A DNA stretch of 64,000 bases, taken from positions 160,001 to 224,000 of the forward strand of contig CAWGKG010000004.1 in assembly GCA_963823035.1 (NCBI GenBank). Reading direction: 5' to 3'. This DNA is from an uncultured Gemmatimonadales bacterium (lineage in GTDB: Bacteria; Gemmatimonadota; Gemmatimonadetes; Longimicrobiales; Gaopeijiaceae). This document shows positions 10,137-20,650 of this stretch, piece by piece (positions within the stretch are counted from its first letter, which is position 1; every line of letters starts with the position of its first letter). The notes beneath the pieces are model-generated. The model was not told where the DNA came from and did no database searches. It was given only the letters and a program-made list of their open reading frames with translations. A program made the position numbers and the translations under genes.

Positions 10137-13100
10137 TCAACACGGGAAGCTCCCCGACGCGGGGTGTGCGCCCGTCCCGGACGGCGGTGTAGGACGATGT
10201 CCGGCTGCCGCACGGAGCGCCAGGCGCGCCTCCAGCACGCTTCCGGCTTCGACCACCGTCTCCTCCGGCAGGGCGAGCGTGACGCGCGCGCCGTCCTGGA
10301 GGAGCGCCGCGTCCACCTCGCCCCCGTCGAGGCGCACCATGACGCCGCGCGCGACGTGGCGCCCCGGGAGCGTGACGCTCCAGGTGCGCAGGGCCAGCCG
10401 CCCCCGGCGGACCTCGAGCGCGCAGGTCTGCGCCGCGTCCGTGCGCTCCTGGCGATAGCTGCCCCATCCCTCCGCGGCCGTGAAGGCCGAGCGGAAGTCC
10501 TCCGGCGTGATCCGGGGCGCGAAGCCGATGGTGGCCGTCGGGGCCGTGGTACTCGAAGCCCGCACAGGCCGGTGAAGACGCCCCAGCTCGCCATGCGCGC
10601 GGGCGTAGTGGTCGCCGCACTCGATCTCGTTCCACGGGTTGTGCTCGCGCCGGGTGGTAGCGCTCGTGGATCGCCGCGGCAGATCGCGAGCGCTTCGGTG
10701 AGCATCCCCTCCCAGGCCATGTGGCCGGCCACCTGGTACTCGATGCCCGGTCCAGATCTCGTTGCGGTAGCGCGTGGAGCGCGGGCCCAGGTGCTGCGCT
10801 CTTGGGCCAGGTGCAGGTGAACAGCCCCGCCTCGCCCGGGGTAGGCGAACCAGCGCTCCGGCGCGTGCGCCTCGTTCTGCGGGCCCACGTCGGGCGCCCA
10901 GCTGTACTTCCAGATCGAGGCCAGCGCGCTCTTCACGGTCTTCCTCGGGATAGAGGTAGCCGAGCCCGACCTGGTGGGCCCAGCCCTGCCCGAAGAGCTG
11001 GTCGGCGAGGCACCCGTCGCCGTACTGCCAGTCGGGGTGCTCGGTCAGGTCGACCTCCTGGACGAAGTACTCGCCGTCGAAGAGCGTCTCGACCGAGCGC
11101 GCGCTGCCCGCGTCTCGAAGATGCGTCGGCACGTCGCGGCGAACTCGCGGTCGCCCACGTCGCGGGCCATCTCCTCGGCCGCGCGCAGCGCGCCCAGGTA
11201 GAGCGAGCCGACCATCGTGTTCGGGCCGTAGTAGTTCTTGTCGTAGGTCTGGTGCTGCTGCCCCTCGATCAGGCCGTCCGCGTCGGCGTCCTGGGCGATG
11301 AGGAACTCCGTCGCCTTGCGCACGGCGGGCCAGACCGCGTCGCAGGAAGGCGCCGTCGGCCGAGACCTGGTGCTCCCGCAGCGCCTTGAGCACGTAGCCG
11401 CCCTGGGCGTCGCCGGCCCAGAGCGTCCACCCTTCGCCGCGGAAGCCGATCGCGCCCGGACTCGGGGTAGAAGCCCACGCCGGGCGCGAAGTCCTGCATC
11501 TCGCGCACGGAGCGCTCCAGCTCGGGGAAGAGGCGGGCCATCGCGTGCTCGTAGTTCCAGACATGGCCGCAGGTGCCCGGGCAGCAGCCGCCGCCCTCCC
11601 ACGCCCAGAACCGCCCGTTCTCCCACCACTGGCAGGTGTCGGTGGCCAGGTTCGCGACCGTCGAATGCAGCCGGTCGAGGAGCCAGTAGGGCAGCGTGGA
11701 CGTCGTACCAGGTGTCGTGCCAGAGCCGTGTCGCGTCCGTGAGCCGATCCAGGTCGCCGCGCCACGTAGCGCGCGACCGCGCCCGCGTCGTCGAAGCGCG
11801 CGGCGTAGCGGTTGCCGACGCGCTCCTGGTTGCGGTAGAGGTTGGGCAGGTGCCAGGCCACCACGAACGACGAAGGTCTCCTCGGCCCGCGCTCGAGCGT
11901 CCGCGTGCGGCCCGCGCCGCCGCCGCAGCGATCTCGCCGAAGGGCCTCTCGCGCGGACCGGCGGCTGCCGGCCAGCGCGGCGGCACGCCGCCGCGCCCGT
12001 CCGGCCGAGCGACGGCCGTGCGAATCGCCTCGCCGACCACGGCCAGGCACATCGTGCCCGCAGTCCGGCCACGAGCGCGAAGGGCCCGGGATCGGCGACG
12101 CGGGGGGTGTCGCGGAGCTCGATCTGGTCGACGTTCACGTGGCCCCAGTCGCCCGACTGCGCGTCGACGATCTCGAAGTGCGCGGTCCTTCCCCGCAGGT
12201 CGGCCACGTCCCAGTTCGCGCGGTGAGCCGCTCCGTGCTCCGGCCGGTCTCGGTGCGCACGACCTCGCCGTCGACCACCAGGTTGAGGCAGGCCCGGTCC
12301 GGGTGGCGCCCGCCGCCGATGAGGAAGGAGATCCACCGCCGCTCGATCGTGAACGCCGGGGAGGTGAGCTTGCCGTGCGGGTCGTCGCCGCCGAGGTAGG
12401 TGTTGACCAGCCCTTCGCCCTCGAAGCCGGCCACGGGGTTCTGGTTCACGCAGCGTGCCGTGCGCGGGGCCGGAGCCGAAGGCCGTCCCCTCGACCGTCC
12501 AGTCGCCGTAGCCCTCGCCCTCGAAGTCGGCGAAGACGAGCGGCGGGCGCGCCGGGGGCGCCGGGCGGGAGCTCGCCGCTCCCGCGCCGTGAGGAGGACG
12601 CCGGTCAGGCCCGTCGCGCCGCGAGCGGCTCGTTCACGCGCAGGACGCGGTCGCCGAAGTCGCGGCCGCTGTCGCGGCAGAGCGACGTTCTCCAGCCACC
12701 CGGCCAGCGTCACCTCGGCCGGCGCGTCGGACCGGTGTTGCGCACGGTGTAGCGCAGCACCGTGGCGGGCAGCGCCGAGTCGTCCGCGCTCAGCGGGATG
12801 AAGGGGCTGAACGCCTCCAGGGAGCACGGTCACCGGGAGCGCCGGGTCCGCGTACTCGACGTGCCCGATCGGGTACTCGCCGTTGAAGCGCACGCCGGGG
12901 AAGCCCGCGGCGTCGAGCGTGCGGTCCGTGGTGGCGTTCCCGTGCGCACGCGCAGCGCGAAGCCCTGGTCGACGGGCGCGACGTCCGTCAGCTCCCCGCC
13001 CAGCACCGTCTGCTCGGGCGGCCGTCCCGCGGTGTAGTTGTGCAGCCCGTAGCCGGTGTTCTGGTTGCGGTTGAAGACGTCCCAGTACGTGAGCCGCCCG

Positions 13101-13446
13101 TCGCCGGTGAGGTAGACCTGGCCGGCGCCGATGCCGCCGACCGGCATCCCGATCGTGCGCAGCTCCTCCCCCGTGTACCAGGCGCGCTCACCGCGCGCGA
13201 AGAGCGTCCGTATCCATGCGGCGACAGCTTCTTGTCCGCCGGCACGAAGTGGTCGGGGATCTCCTGGCGGAGGAAGGGTCCGGCGATGGCCTGCAGCGGC
13301 GAGGCCGACAACGCCAGCCCCGCGCCACCGAGCGCGCTCGTCTTCACGAACTGGCGCCGGTCGAGGGAGATCGGCGTCGGCATGCCGGCGCCGGCTGCGC
13401 CGCCCGAGCAACACCCGTCGTCGCACCCGCAGCCGCGCTCGCTCAT
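10137..13446 (-). CDS. Tat-exported GH116-like glycoside hydrolase with an inserted beta-sandwich domain; many apparent frameshifts
   Basis: Tat motif DRRQFVK; IGMPVGGIGAG, YWDVFN, GEYPIG, FSPFIP, FWAWEG..CCPGTCGHVWNYE, DAQGG, QHQTYD, GCLADQLFGQ, NPWNEIECGDHYAR. Pieces fall in all three minus frames. Confidence 0.75.
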
Positions 13447-13543
13447 GGAAGCTCCTCGCGGCGGGCCCCTCCGGCCCGGCCGCTGCCGATGGGATGGCGC
13501 TCGCTGACCTTCACGGGGAGCCGGCCCGCGGACCTCCACGCGC

Positions 13544-15139
13544 TCACGACCCCTCCGCGCGCCGCAGCGACGGCCGTTTCACGTGCCAGCGCTGTCGCAG
13601 TCGTATCGAATCGAGCCCGAGGGACCTGCCCGAAGAGAAGGGATGGGCGCCCGCCGCCTCGAAGCGCAGCGTGTGCGTGCCCGGTGTCAGCTCGTAGCTG
13701 CCCAGGTACCAGTCGTGCACCTCGACCCCCTCGGCGTAGAGGTCGGTCGGGCCCTGCGGGTTCCACTCCGGGTAGTCCGCGAGCCGCGTGACCTCCGTGC
13801 CGTCGAGGAAGACGCGCCACCGGCCGTAGTCGGGCGCGTGCGTCAGGCGCAGGACCAGCCCCGAGCGCTCCGCCGTCTCCACCTGGAAGTCCGTCTCCAG
13901 GAAGGCGTCCGGCGTCGAGGGCGTGAAGAGGAGCTGGCCGTCGCCGCTCCAGTCGTAGCCCTGCTGCAACTCGACGGAGCCGGGTGAGTGACGCGCATCC
14001 GCCTTGAGCGCCCTTCCCCCGATCACCACGCGGTCGAGGTCGGGAAAGCGCCGCTCGGCGAGCGGCGGGAAGCCCGACGTCCGCGTCGCAGGGCCCTCCT
14101 GGTACCAGAACGCCACGGTCGCGATGTCGTCCTCGCGGGCGACGTGGCCGTCCACCTCGCCGGTCTCCGTCTCGTCGGCCGACATCCACCCGGTGTGCTC
14201 GAACTCGAAGCGCAGCGACTTCGTGAAGCGGATCGGGTCGTCCACGTGCCACCGGTACATGGTGGCGCGCATCCCCAGGTTGGAGGGGTCGTCGCTCAGG
14301 TACGTGCACCCGAAGTAGGGCCAGGAGTGTGCGTCGAGCCCCCACGCCGAGAGGAAGTAGTCCTCGGTGCCGGTGCCCTGGATCGACGGGAGGGTGTCGC
14401 CGTCCACGTAGATGCGGGCGTCGCCCTCGCCGAACCAGTAGGGGGAGCGCGCCTGCACGGACATGACCGTGCCCACGTAGTGGCCGCGCCCCTCCGTCTC
14501 GAGCACGAGGTAGTCCTCGCCGAGCTGCTCGGGGAACGCGCGCCGGTAGCGGGCGTTGAAGTAGGCCGTGCCCTCGGGGAGCGCGTCCATCGCGGTGTAG
14601 TCGATCTGGTAGTAGAAGGAGCGCGCCCGCTGGGTGCCCTCGTTCGTGACCGTGATCACGCCGTGCCGTCGGAAGGGCATCTGCCAGAAGGCGTTGTAGG
14701 CGTCGCCGTCCTCGACCTGGACGGGCACGGAGCGCACCTCGCGTCGGAGGCCGAATCCGGCGGCGAAGAAGTCGCCGAGGGGCGCCTCCACCGCGGGCTG
14801 CTCGGCGTCGTCCCACACCATGCGCAGCACGAGCTCGTCCGGCGCGGCCGCCCCGTTCGCCTCCAGCCAGCTCGGGCGCGCCTCCGCGAAGGTGAGCCAG
14901 ATGTGCTGGATCACCGCGGGGCCGCGGAGGTCGGCCAGCACCATCGTCTCCCCGGGCTGGATGTAGGTGCGCCGGTCGAGGTTGCTGGCGAAGTCCGGAT
15001 CGGAGGAGCTCACGGCCCGGCTCGCGCCCGGCCGGACGCGCGTCAGGTCGGCGAGCCCGCCGCTCTGCGCCGCGAGGGCGGCCGGAGCCGCCAGGCAGGC
15101 CAGGAACAGGGCGGACGCTCGAAAGCGCGGCGCGGGCAT
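13544..15139 (-). CDS. Secreted DUF2961/GH172 glycoside hydrolase with a C-terminal beta-sandwich extension
   Basis: Sec signal; GPAVIQHIWLT, PLGDFF, NAFWQMPF, FYYQIDY, GRGHYVG, WFGEGD, GTGTEDYF, YRWH..DPIRF, FEH. Confidence 0.85.
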   Translation of the reverse strand: MPAPRFRASALFLACLAAPAALAAQSGGLADLTRVRPGASRAVSSSDPDFASNLDRRTYIQPGETMVLADLRGPAVIQHIWLTFAEARPSWLEANGAAAPDELVLRMVWDDAEQPAVEAPLGDFFAAGFGLRREVRSVPVQVEDGDAYNAFWQMPFRRHGVITVTNEGTQRARSFYYQIDYTAMDALPEGTAYFNARYRRAFPEQLGEDYLVLETEGRGHYVGTVMSVQARSPYWFGEGDARIYVDGDTLPSIQGTGTEDYFLSAWGLDAHSWPYFGCTYLSDDPSNLGMRATMYRWHVDDPIRFTKSLRFEFEHTGWMSADETETGEVDGHVAREDDIATVAFWYQEGPATRTSGFPPLAERRFPDLDRVVIGGRALKADARHSPGSVELQQGYDWSGDGQLLFTPSTPDAFLETDFQVETAERSGLVLRLTHAPDYGRWRVFLDGTEVTRLADYPEWNPQGPTDLYAEGVEVHDWYLGSYELTPGTHTLRFEAAGAHPFSSGRSLGLDSIRLRQRWHVKRPSLRRAEGS

Positions 15140-15183
15140 GGACTCCCTCCTTCTGTGGATGCGAGCGCGCCGGGCCTATCGCC

Positions 15184-17124
15184 TCAACGCGCCTCCTCCA
15201 GGATCAGCCGGTCGATGCGGAAGGCCGTTCGGCCCTCCACGGCGCGGGTCCGCACGGTGATCGAGCGGGCCTGCGGCGTCAGCTCGATCTCCCCGATGTC
15301 GGCCGCCTCGACGCGCTCCTCCTCCCCGGCGAAGGCGTCCGCCCAGGCCGAGAGCTGCGTCTGGCGGCGCCACACCGAGAAGCTTCCCGTGTCGGGCCCT
15401 CGCCGGTAGGACAGCTTCACGCGATAGCGGCCCGGGGGAAGGGCCGACACGTCGAAGCGCACCAGGCCGTTCTGCTCCGCCCGCACCTCGAGCGCCCCGC
15501 CGACGTAGGAGATCGCCGTGCCGCCGCCCAGCGACAGCTCCATGAGCTGCGGGTAGAAGACGTGCGTGGCCGGTGGGCGGGGCGGGGGTGGCGCGGCGGA
15601 CGGGTCCATCGACGCCGTGGGCGGCATGTCGCCGTAGTGGAAGGTCACCGACGTGTAGTCCACCGGCACCCGGTTGCCCTCGGGCCCGTGTTCGATCGTC
15701 TGACGCAGATGCCCTTCGAAGGACACCTTGTCCGCCATGTAGAAGCGGTAGCCGCCCGTCCGGGACAGGGGCAGGCTGTAGTCGAGCGCTCCGTGCAAGG
15801 GGAGGCTCATCCCCCGGTCCCACCGGTCGAGGAGGGCGTACCACCCTCCGTTGAAGTAGTCCTCCGAGCCGGTGCCGTGCAGGCGCATCTCACCGTCCAC
15901 GGTGGTCACGTCGTCGCCCTCGAAGAACGCCGTCATCCCGGGCTGGAGGCCCTGGGCCTGGAGGAGCGTACCGACCTGGTGGCCCCGGCCGCGCGCGTCG
16001 AGGAGAAGGTACGGCTCGCCTTCGGCCGGATCGCGCTCGCGGCGCCAGGTGGCGTAGAGGCGGCCCTCGGTGTCGGGGTCGCGCGCATCCTCCGTGTAGA
16101 AGACGCGCGCGGTGCCGCGTGTCGGCCCGCTTTCGGAGGGGAGGGCGCGCAGCGCGATCGAGGCCGACCGGTCGAAGGGCATCGGGAGGTAGGCATAGTC
16201 CCGCCCCGCGTCCGAGCCGAGGAGGAGGCTCTGCGCGGCCGGCTCGCCGAAGGCGTAGCCGAAGAAGTCGTTCGCCGGACTCAGGATCGCGGGCGCCGCC
16301 TCGCTGTCCCAGCGCCCTTCGAGGAGCACGCCGGGGCCGCGCAGCGGCGCCCCGGCCGGGCGCTCCAACTCGATGCCGACGATCCGTCCGCCCCCTTCCC
16401 GTCGGAAAAGCTCGACCGAGTCGCCGGGCGCCACGTCGAAGGCGCGCTCGGAGACCTGCACCGTGCGCTCGTCGAACGGGCGGCGCCCGGGTCGGCTCCA
16501 CGCCTGCGCGACCCTTGCCGCCGCGCGCGCGGCTACCTCCGACAGCGGCACCCGGAGCGACGTCGCGCGCGTCCCCGCGGTGAGGGTCCGGTACTGGATC
16601 TGGTGGAAGCGGATGTCGTCGCCCTCGTAGACGATCGTCAGCGAGCGGGCGTAGGGGATCGGGAAGTAGCAGTAGTAGCCGCCGACCTCGTTGCCGACGA
16701 TGGGGCGCAGGAACGGGGGCTGCTCCCCGCTGAACAGGTCGACGAAGGGGAGGCGCAGCCGTGGCTCGGACTCGCCGTCGAAGTAGAAGGCGACCATCCG
16801 CTCGGTAGGCGTGGGCGTCCAGATGCGCTCGACCACGCCGGGGCCGACGAGGTCGGCGAGAACGCGCGCGTCGCCCTCCCGGCGGATCGAGGAGTAGGTG
16901 CCGTCGAAGCCGTCGTCGTTGCCGCCCGTGGTGTCGTAGGACGACACCTGGGAGACGATCGAGCCGCTGCGGTAGCGGGGGAGCAGGTCGACCCGCTCGA
17001 GCTGGCGCAGCTCGGACACCACATCGACGTCGGCCGTGCTCTGGGCCTGGAGCGACCACGCGCCGCCGACGAGCGACAGCGCTACGAGCACTGCGACCCG
17101 TGGTCCGGCGTACCCCCCTGCCAC
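15184..17124 (-). CDS. Second secreted DUF2961/GH172-like protein
   Basis: GTG start and signal peptide; SSYDTTGGNDDGF, GPGVVERIWTP, YFPIPY, YLPMPF, GRGHQVG, FFEGDD, HGTGSEDYFNGGWY, IEHG. Confidence 0.8.
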   Translation of the reverse strand: MAGGYAGPRVAVLVALSLVGGAWSLQAQSTADVDVVSELRQLERVDLLPRYRSGSIVSQVSSYDTTGGNDDGFDGTYSSIRREGDARVLADLVGPGVVERIWTPTPTERMVAFYFDGESEPRLRLPFVDLFSGEQPPFLRPIVGNEVGGYYCYFPIPYARSLTIVYEGDDIRFHQIQYRTLTAGTRATSLRVPLSEVAARAAARVAQAWSRPGRRPFDERTVQVSERAFDVAPGDSVELFRREGGGRIVGIELERPAGAPLRGPGVLLEGRWDSEAAPAILSPANDFFGYAFGEPAAQSLLLGSDAGRDYAYLPMPFDRSASIALRALPSESGPTRGTARVFYTEDARDPDTEGRLYATWRRERDPAEGEPYLLLDARGRGHQVGTLLQAQGLQPGMTAFFEGDDVTTVDGEMRLHGTGSEDYFNGGWYALLDRWDRGMSLPLHGALDYSLPLSRTGGYRFYMADKVSFEGHLRQTIEHGPEGNRVPVDYTSVTFHYGDMPPTASMDPSAAPPPPRPPATHVFYPQLMELSLGGGTAISYVGGALEVRAEQNGLVRFDVSALPPGRYRVKLSYRRGPDTGSFSVWRRQTQLSAWADAFAGEEERVEAADIGEIELTPQARSITVRTRAVEGRTAFRIDRLILEEAR

Positions 17125-17132
17125 GGCGCCGC

Positions 17133-18653
17133 TCAGCCCCGCCGCCCGAGGATGCGGACGCGGAAGCCCATCTCGCGGGACAGCGCCACCATCTCCTCGA
17201 AAACGTCGCCGTACGCCACCGCGATGTGGTTGGACTCGTAGTGCGCCATGATCGTGTCGCGGGTCACGCCCAGGTCGGCGGACATGAACGGCCACTGGCG
17301 CGTGGTGCCCTCCCACCAGGCGTCCCGCTTCGCGGGCGGCAGCTGCACGACCTCCCCGCGGCCGATGTCCATCCACAGCACGTCGTCGCGGATGTAGCAG
17401 CGCGACCAGGTCACGTCGCCCGCGAGGCTCTCCCCGGCGAACGTGCCGCCGGGCACGGGGAAGTACCCCGCGGGCTGCCGGTAGCTGTGCACGCCCGCGA
17501 GCGTGTCCGGGTCGTGGTTGAAGGCGTACGCCCCGCACGAGCCCGAGTTGAGGAGCACCCACACGAAGCGACCGTCGTGCTCGCCGCCCCAGCGTACGTC
17601 GTGGAACATGACCGCCTGGTGCAGCCCCTTCGCCGCGAGCAGGCGCTTCATCATCTCCATCGGCACCGCGTTGCCCTGGTCCGCCTCGGTGGCGGTGGCG
17701 ACCGTGTCGCCGTTCGACTCGGGGCGGCACGTCGAGTTGAACAGCCCCTCGGCGAAGTCCGACGGCGGACGCAGCGGCAGTAGCCCGAGCTGGTACTGCC
17801 AGCCCAGGCAGTCGGCCTTGTACTCGTCGATCATGTCGAGGACGGCCAGGTAGTCGCGCAGCTGCTCGCGGGTGGCGCCCTCCGTGAAGTCGGTTCCGCC
17901 CTCCTCGCCCCAGTGGAAGTTCACGCCCCGGTCCTTCACGAAGGCGAGCGCGTCGTCCATGCGCGCCTCCGCGATGCCTCGGCCGCGGTCGATGATCCAG
18001 GCCTGGTCGATCTTGTGCTCGGTGAAGCCGTGGCGGTTCAGGAGGCGCGGCCCGAAGTAGCCGTTGATCATCCCCATGGAGGTGTCGCCGAGCATGAGGA
18101 TGAGGGCGCGCCGGTCCTGGAAGCCTTGTGCGACACGAGCGGCCAGCGCGGCCGCCTCGGGCGACACGGAGACGTCCGTGGCGATCTCCTCCTCGCCGTA
18201 GACGATCTTGCCGGAGGTGCACCACTCCTCCAGGCGCGCCATGAACGCGTCGTCCGCGGTCCAGTCCGCGGCGTCCGTCCAGACGCGGGAGAACTCCCGC
18301 CCGAGGCTGGTCAGGCACGCGCCCGTGTTCAGGAGCCCCACGAGCCCGGGCCACTGCCCCGAGAAGTTGCTGGCGAGGAGGAGGGGATTGTCCTTCCCGA
18401 CCACACCCTCCGTGGTGTGCGGGCCGTAGAACCAGTGGACGCACACGCCGATCATCGGGTCCTGCACGGGGCCGAGCTTCTCGATGGCGTGATGCGGCTT
18501 CGTGAGGAAGCCCTCGATGCGCCAGGGCTCACGGCCGAGCTTGCGGAGCGCGGCCTCGAGCTGTCCGGTCGCCTCGGTCATGCTCGGCAGGGCGAGCTGG
18601 TTCGGGACGTCCCGCCCGTCTCCCGGCCAGAACAGGGCGATGCGCTGCTTCAC
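17133..18653 (-). CDS. L-fucose/D-arabinose isomerase-family protein
   Basis: ATEADQG, FHDVRW and SNHIA parallel the FucI metal-ligand motifs (ATEND, ADVR, ANH); WPGLVGL; GWQYQLG. Confidence 0.75.
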   Translation of the reverse strand: MKQRIALFWPGDGRDVPNQLALPSMTEATGQLEAALRKLGREPWRIEGFLTKPHHAIEKLGPVQDPMIGVCVHWFYGPHTTEGVVGKDNPLLLASNFSGQWPGLVGLLNTGACLTSLGREFSRVWTDAADWTADDAFMARLEEWCTSGKIVYGEEEIATDVSVSPEAAALAARVAQGFQDRRALILMLGDTSMGMINGYFGPRLLNRHGFTEHKIDQAWIIDRGRGIAEARMDDALAFVKDRGVNFHWGEEGGTDFTEGATREQLRDYLAVLDMIDEYKADCLGWQYQLGLLPLRPPSDFAEGLFNSTCRPESNGDTVATATEADQGNAVPMEMMKRLLAAKGLHQAVMFHDVRWGGEHDGRFVWVLLNSGSCGAYAFNHDPDTLAGVHSYRQPAGYFPVPGGTFAGESLAGDVTWSRCYIRDDVLWMDIGRGEVVQLPPAKRDAWWEGTTRQWPFMSADLGVTRDTIMAHYESNHIAVAYGDVFEEMVALSREMGFRVRILGRRG

Positions 18654-18672
18654 GGTCTGCCTCCGGCTGCTG

Positions 18673-19626
18673 TCAGTGGATGGCCTCGCCGCCCTGCGCC
18701 ACGTTGTCCGCGGTGAAGATGCGCGTGCCCAGCGTGATCCGCTTCGGCACCTCCTCCCCGTGCAGGAGACGGAGCGCGACGTCGATCGCGTCCGCGCCGC
18801 CCGTTGGGTAGAGGAACGTGGCGTCCAGGATCCCCTGGGCGACGTACTGCTGGCCCTCCTGCGGGAGGGCGTCGATCCCCACGAACATCATCTCGTCCTG
18901 GCGTCCCGCGGCGCGCGCCGCCAGCCAGGCGCCGTGCGCGCCCGGGTCGTTGTGGGCGTACACCGCGTCGATGTGCGGCTGCGTGGCCAGCGCCGACTCC
19001 ATCTCGGTGCGGGCGTTCGGCTCGAGCCACTCCATCTCGCCCTCGAAGACGACCTGCAGGTCGGGATGGGCCTCCAGGTCGATTCCCTCCAGGAAGCCCT
19101 GGTGGCGGTCCTGTCCGGGCGTGGAGGTCATGAGCCCCTTCAGCTCGACGATGCGTCCCGTGTCGCCCAGCTTATCCGCCAACCAGCGACCGGCCTCGCG
19201 GCCGATGCGCACGTTGTCCGCGCCGATGAAGCAGGTGTACGCGTCTCCCTGCACTTCGCGATCGAGCACGATCACGGGAATCCCGCGCTGGTAGGCGGCG
19301 GCGACCGGGGCGGTGAGGGGCGCGGCCTCCTTCGGGCTGATGATGATCAGGTCGACGCCCTGCTCCATGAACTCCTCGACCTGCGCGCGCTGGGTCAGGG
19401 AGTTGTTCTGGGCGTCCTTGAAGATGACGCGCAGCTCCGGGTGGGCGTCTGCGGCGGCGCGCACGTCGGCGTCCATCTGCACGCGCCACGGCTCACCCAG
19501 GTTGGACTGGCTCATGCCGATGACGAAGGGATCGTCCGCCGTGCCCGCGTGCGGCGTGCGGCCCTCCGAGGCGCAGGCGGCGGCCGCGGCGGCGAGGCAG
19601 AGCGTCAGGAGCGTGCGTGTCGGCAT
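18673..19626 (-). CDS. Monosaccharide ABC transporter substrate-binding lipoprotein (RbsB-like)
   Basis: Lipobox AAAC; IGMSQ, VDLIIISP, IPVIVLDR, IGADN, VYAHND, VGIDAL. Confidence 0.9.
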   Translation of the reverse strand: MPTRTLLTLCLAAAAAACASEGRTPHAGTADDPFVIGMSQSNLGEPWRVQMDADVRAAADAHPELRVIFKDAQNNSLTQRAQVEEFMEQGVDLIIISPKEAAPLTAPVAAAYQRGIPVIVLDREVQGDAYTCFIGADNVRIGREAGRWLADKLGDTGRIVELKGLMTSTPGQDRHQGFLEGIDLEAHPDLQVVFEGEMEWLEPNARTEMESALATQPHIDAVYAHNDPGAHGAWLAARAAGRQDEMMFVGIDALPQEGQQYVAQGILDATFLYPTGGADAIDVALRLLHGEEVPKRITLGTRIFTADNVAQGGEAIH

Positions 19627-19645
19627 GGGGCGGTGTCCCTCCCGG

Positions 19646-20650
19646 TTATCCCTTGTGTCCGCGCTGGAAGAGTACTGCGCACACGATGATCGCGCCCGTG
19701 AGCATGAGGCGGGTGGCCTCGGGGGCGGCGTTGAGCGAGAGGATCTTCTGCAGGTAGCCGATCGTGAGCACGCCGATGAGCGTGAGCGTCACGCTCCCCC
19801 TGCCGCCGGCGAGCGACGTCCCGCCGATCACGACCATCGCGATCGCGTCGAGCTCGTAGGACATCCCGGTCTCGGGGTCGCCCTGCGTCTCCTGCGCCGC
19901 CTGGCAGATGCCCGCCACCGCGGAGAAGAAGCCCGAGAGCGCATAGGCCGCCACGAGCGTGCGCAGCACGGGCACGCCGGACAGGCGTGCGGCCTCCTCG
20001 TTGCCACCGACGGCGTAGATGTGGCGGCCGAGGCGGAGGCGGGCGAGGACGATCCAGGTCACGAGCACGCAGGCGATGAAGATGACCGTCACGATCGACA
20101 GATTGCCGCCCAGGATCCGGCTGTCGATCAACTCGAAGACGTGGGGCAGGTCCACCACGCGCGACGAGCCGTCGGGCGCGGTGACGTAGTTCGTGATCTT
20201 GCGGCCTCCGGATACGACCTTCGCCAGCCCGCGTGCGAAGACCATCATGGCGAGCGTGACGATGAACGGCTGGATCTTCATGCGCGCCACGAGCAGCCCG
20301 GAGAGGGAGCCGAGCGCGGTGCCCGCCGCCAGCACCACGAGGATCGCGAAGACCGCGGCCTGTCCGGCCGGGAGCGTGAGCCAGGCGAAGGACACGGCCG
20401 AGAGCGCGAGGAGGCTGCTCACCGAGAGGTCGATGCCGGCGCTGATGATGACCACGGTCATCCCGCAGGCCAGGATGCCGTACACGGACACCTGGCGCAG
20501 CATGTCCCGGTGGACGCTCCAGCGGAAGAAGGCGCCGTCCGCGTTGAAGACCGCGCCGATCCCGAGCATGAGCAGGAGGGCGAGGAGCGCGCGCGACTCC
20601 GGGGTACGCATCCAGCGCGCCAGCCTCGATCCGTCGGCTGCGCGGCTCAC
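19646..20650 (-). CDS. Monosaccharide ABC transporter permease (RbsC-like)
   Basis: GMTVVIISAGIDLSV, IQPFIVTL, GRHIYAVGGNEEAARLSG, YELDAIAMVVIGGTSLAGG. Confidence 0.9.
   Translation of the reverse strand: MSRAADGSRLARWMRTPESRALLALLLMLGIGAVFNADGAFFRWSVHRDMLRQVSVYGILACGMTVVIISAGIDLSVSSLLALSAVSFAWLTLPAGQAAVFAILVVLAAGTALGSLSGLLVARMKIQPFIVTLAMMVFARGLAKVVSGGRKITNYVTAPDGSSRVVDLPHVFELIDSRILGGNLSIVTVIFIACVLVTWIVLARLRLGRHIYAVGGNEEAARLSGVPVLRTLVAAYALSGFFSAVAGICQAAQETQGDPETGMSYELDAIAMVVIGGTSLAGGRGSVTLTLIGVLTIGYLQKILSLNAAPEATRLMLTGAIIVCAVLFQRGHKG

Noticed and set aside
15184..18444. 1086-aa ORF
   Set aside because: Only 15184-17124 is the DUF2961 gene; the rest is an alternative frame of the isomerase gene.
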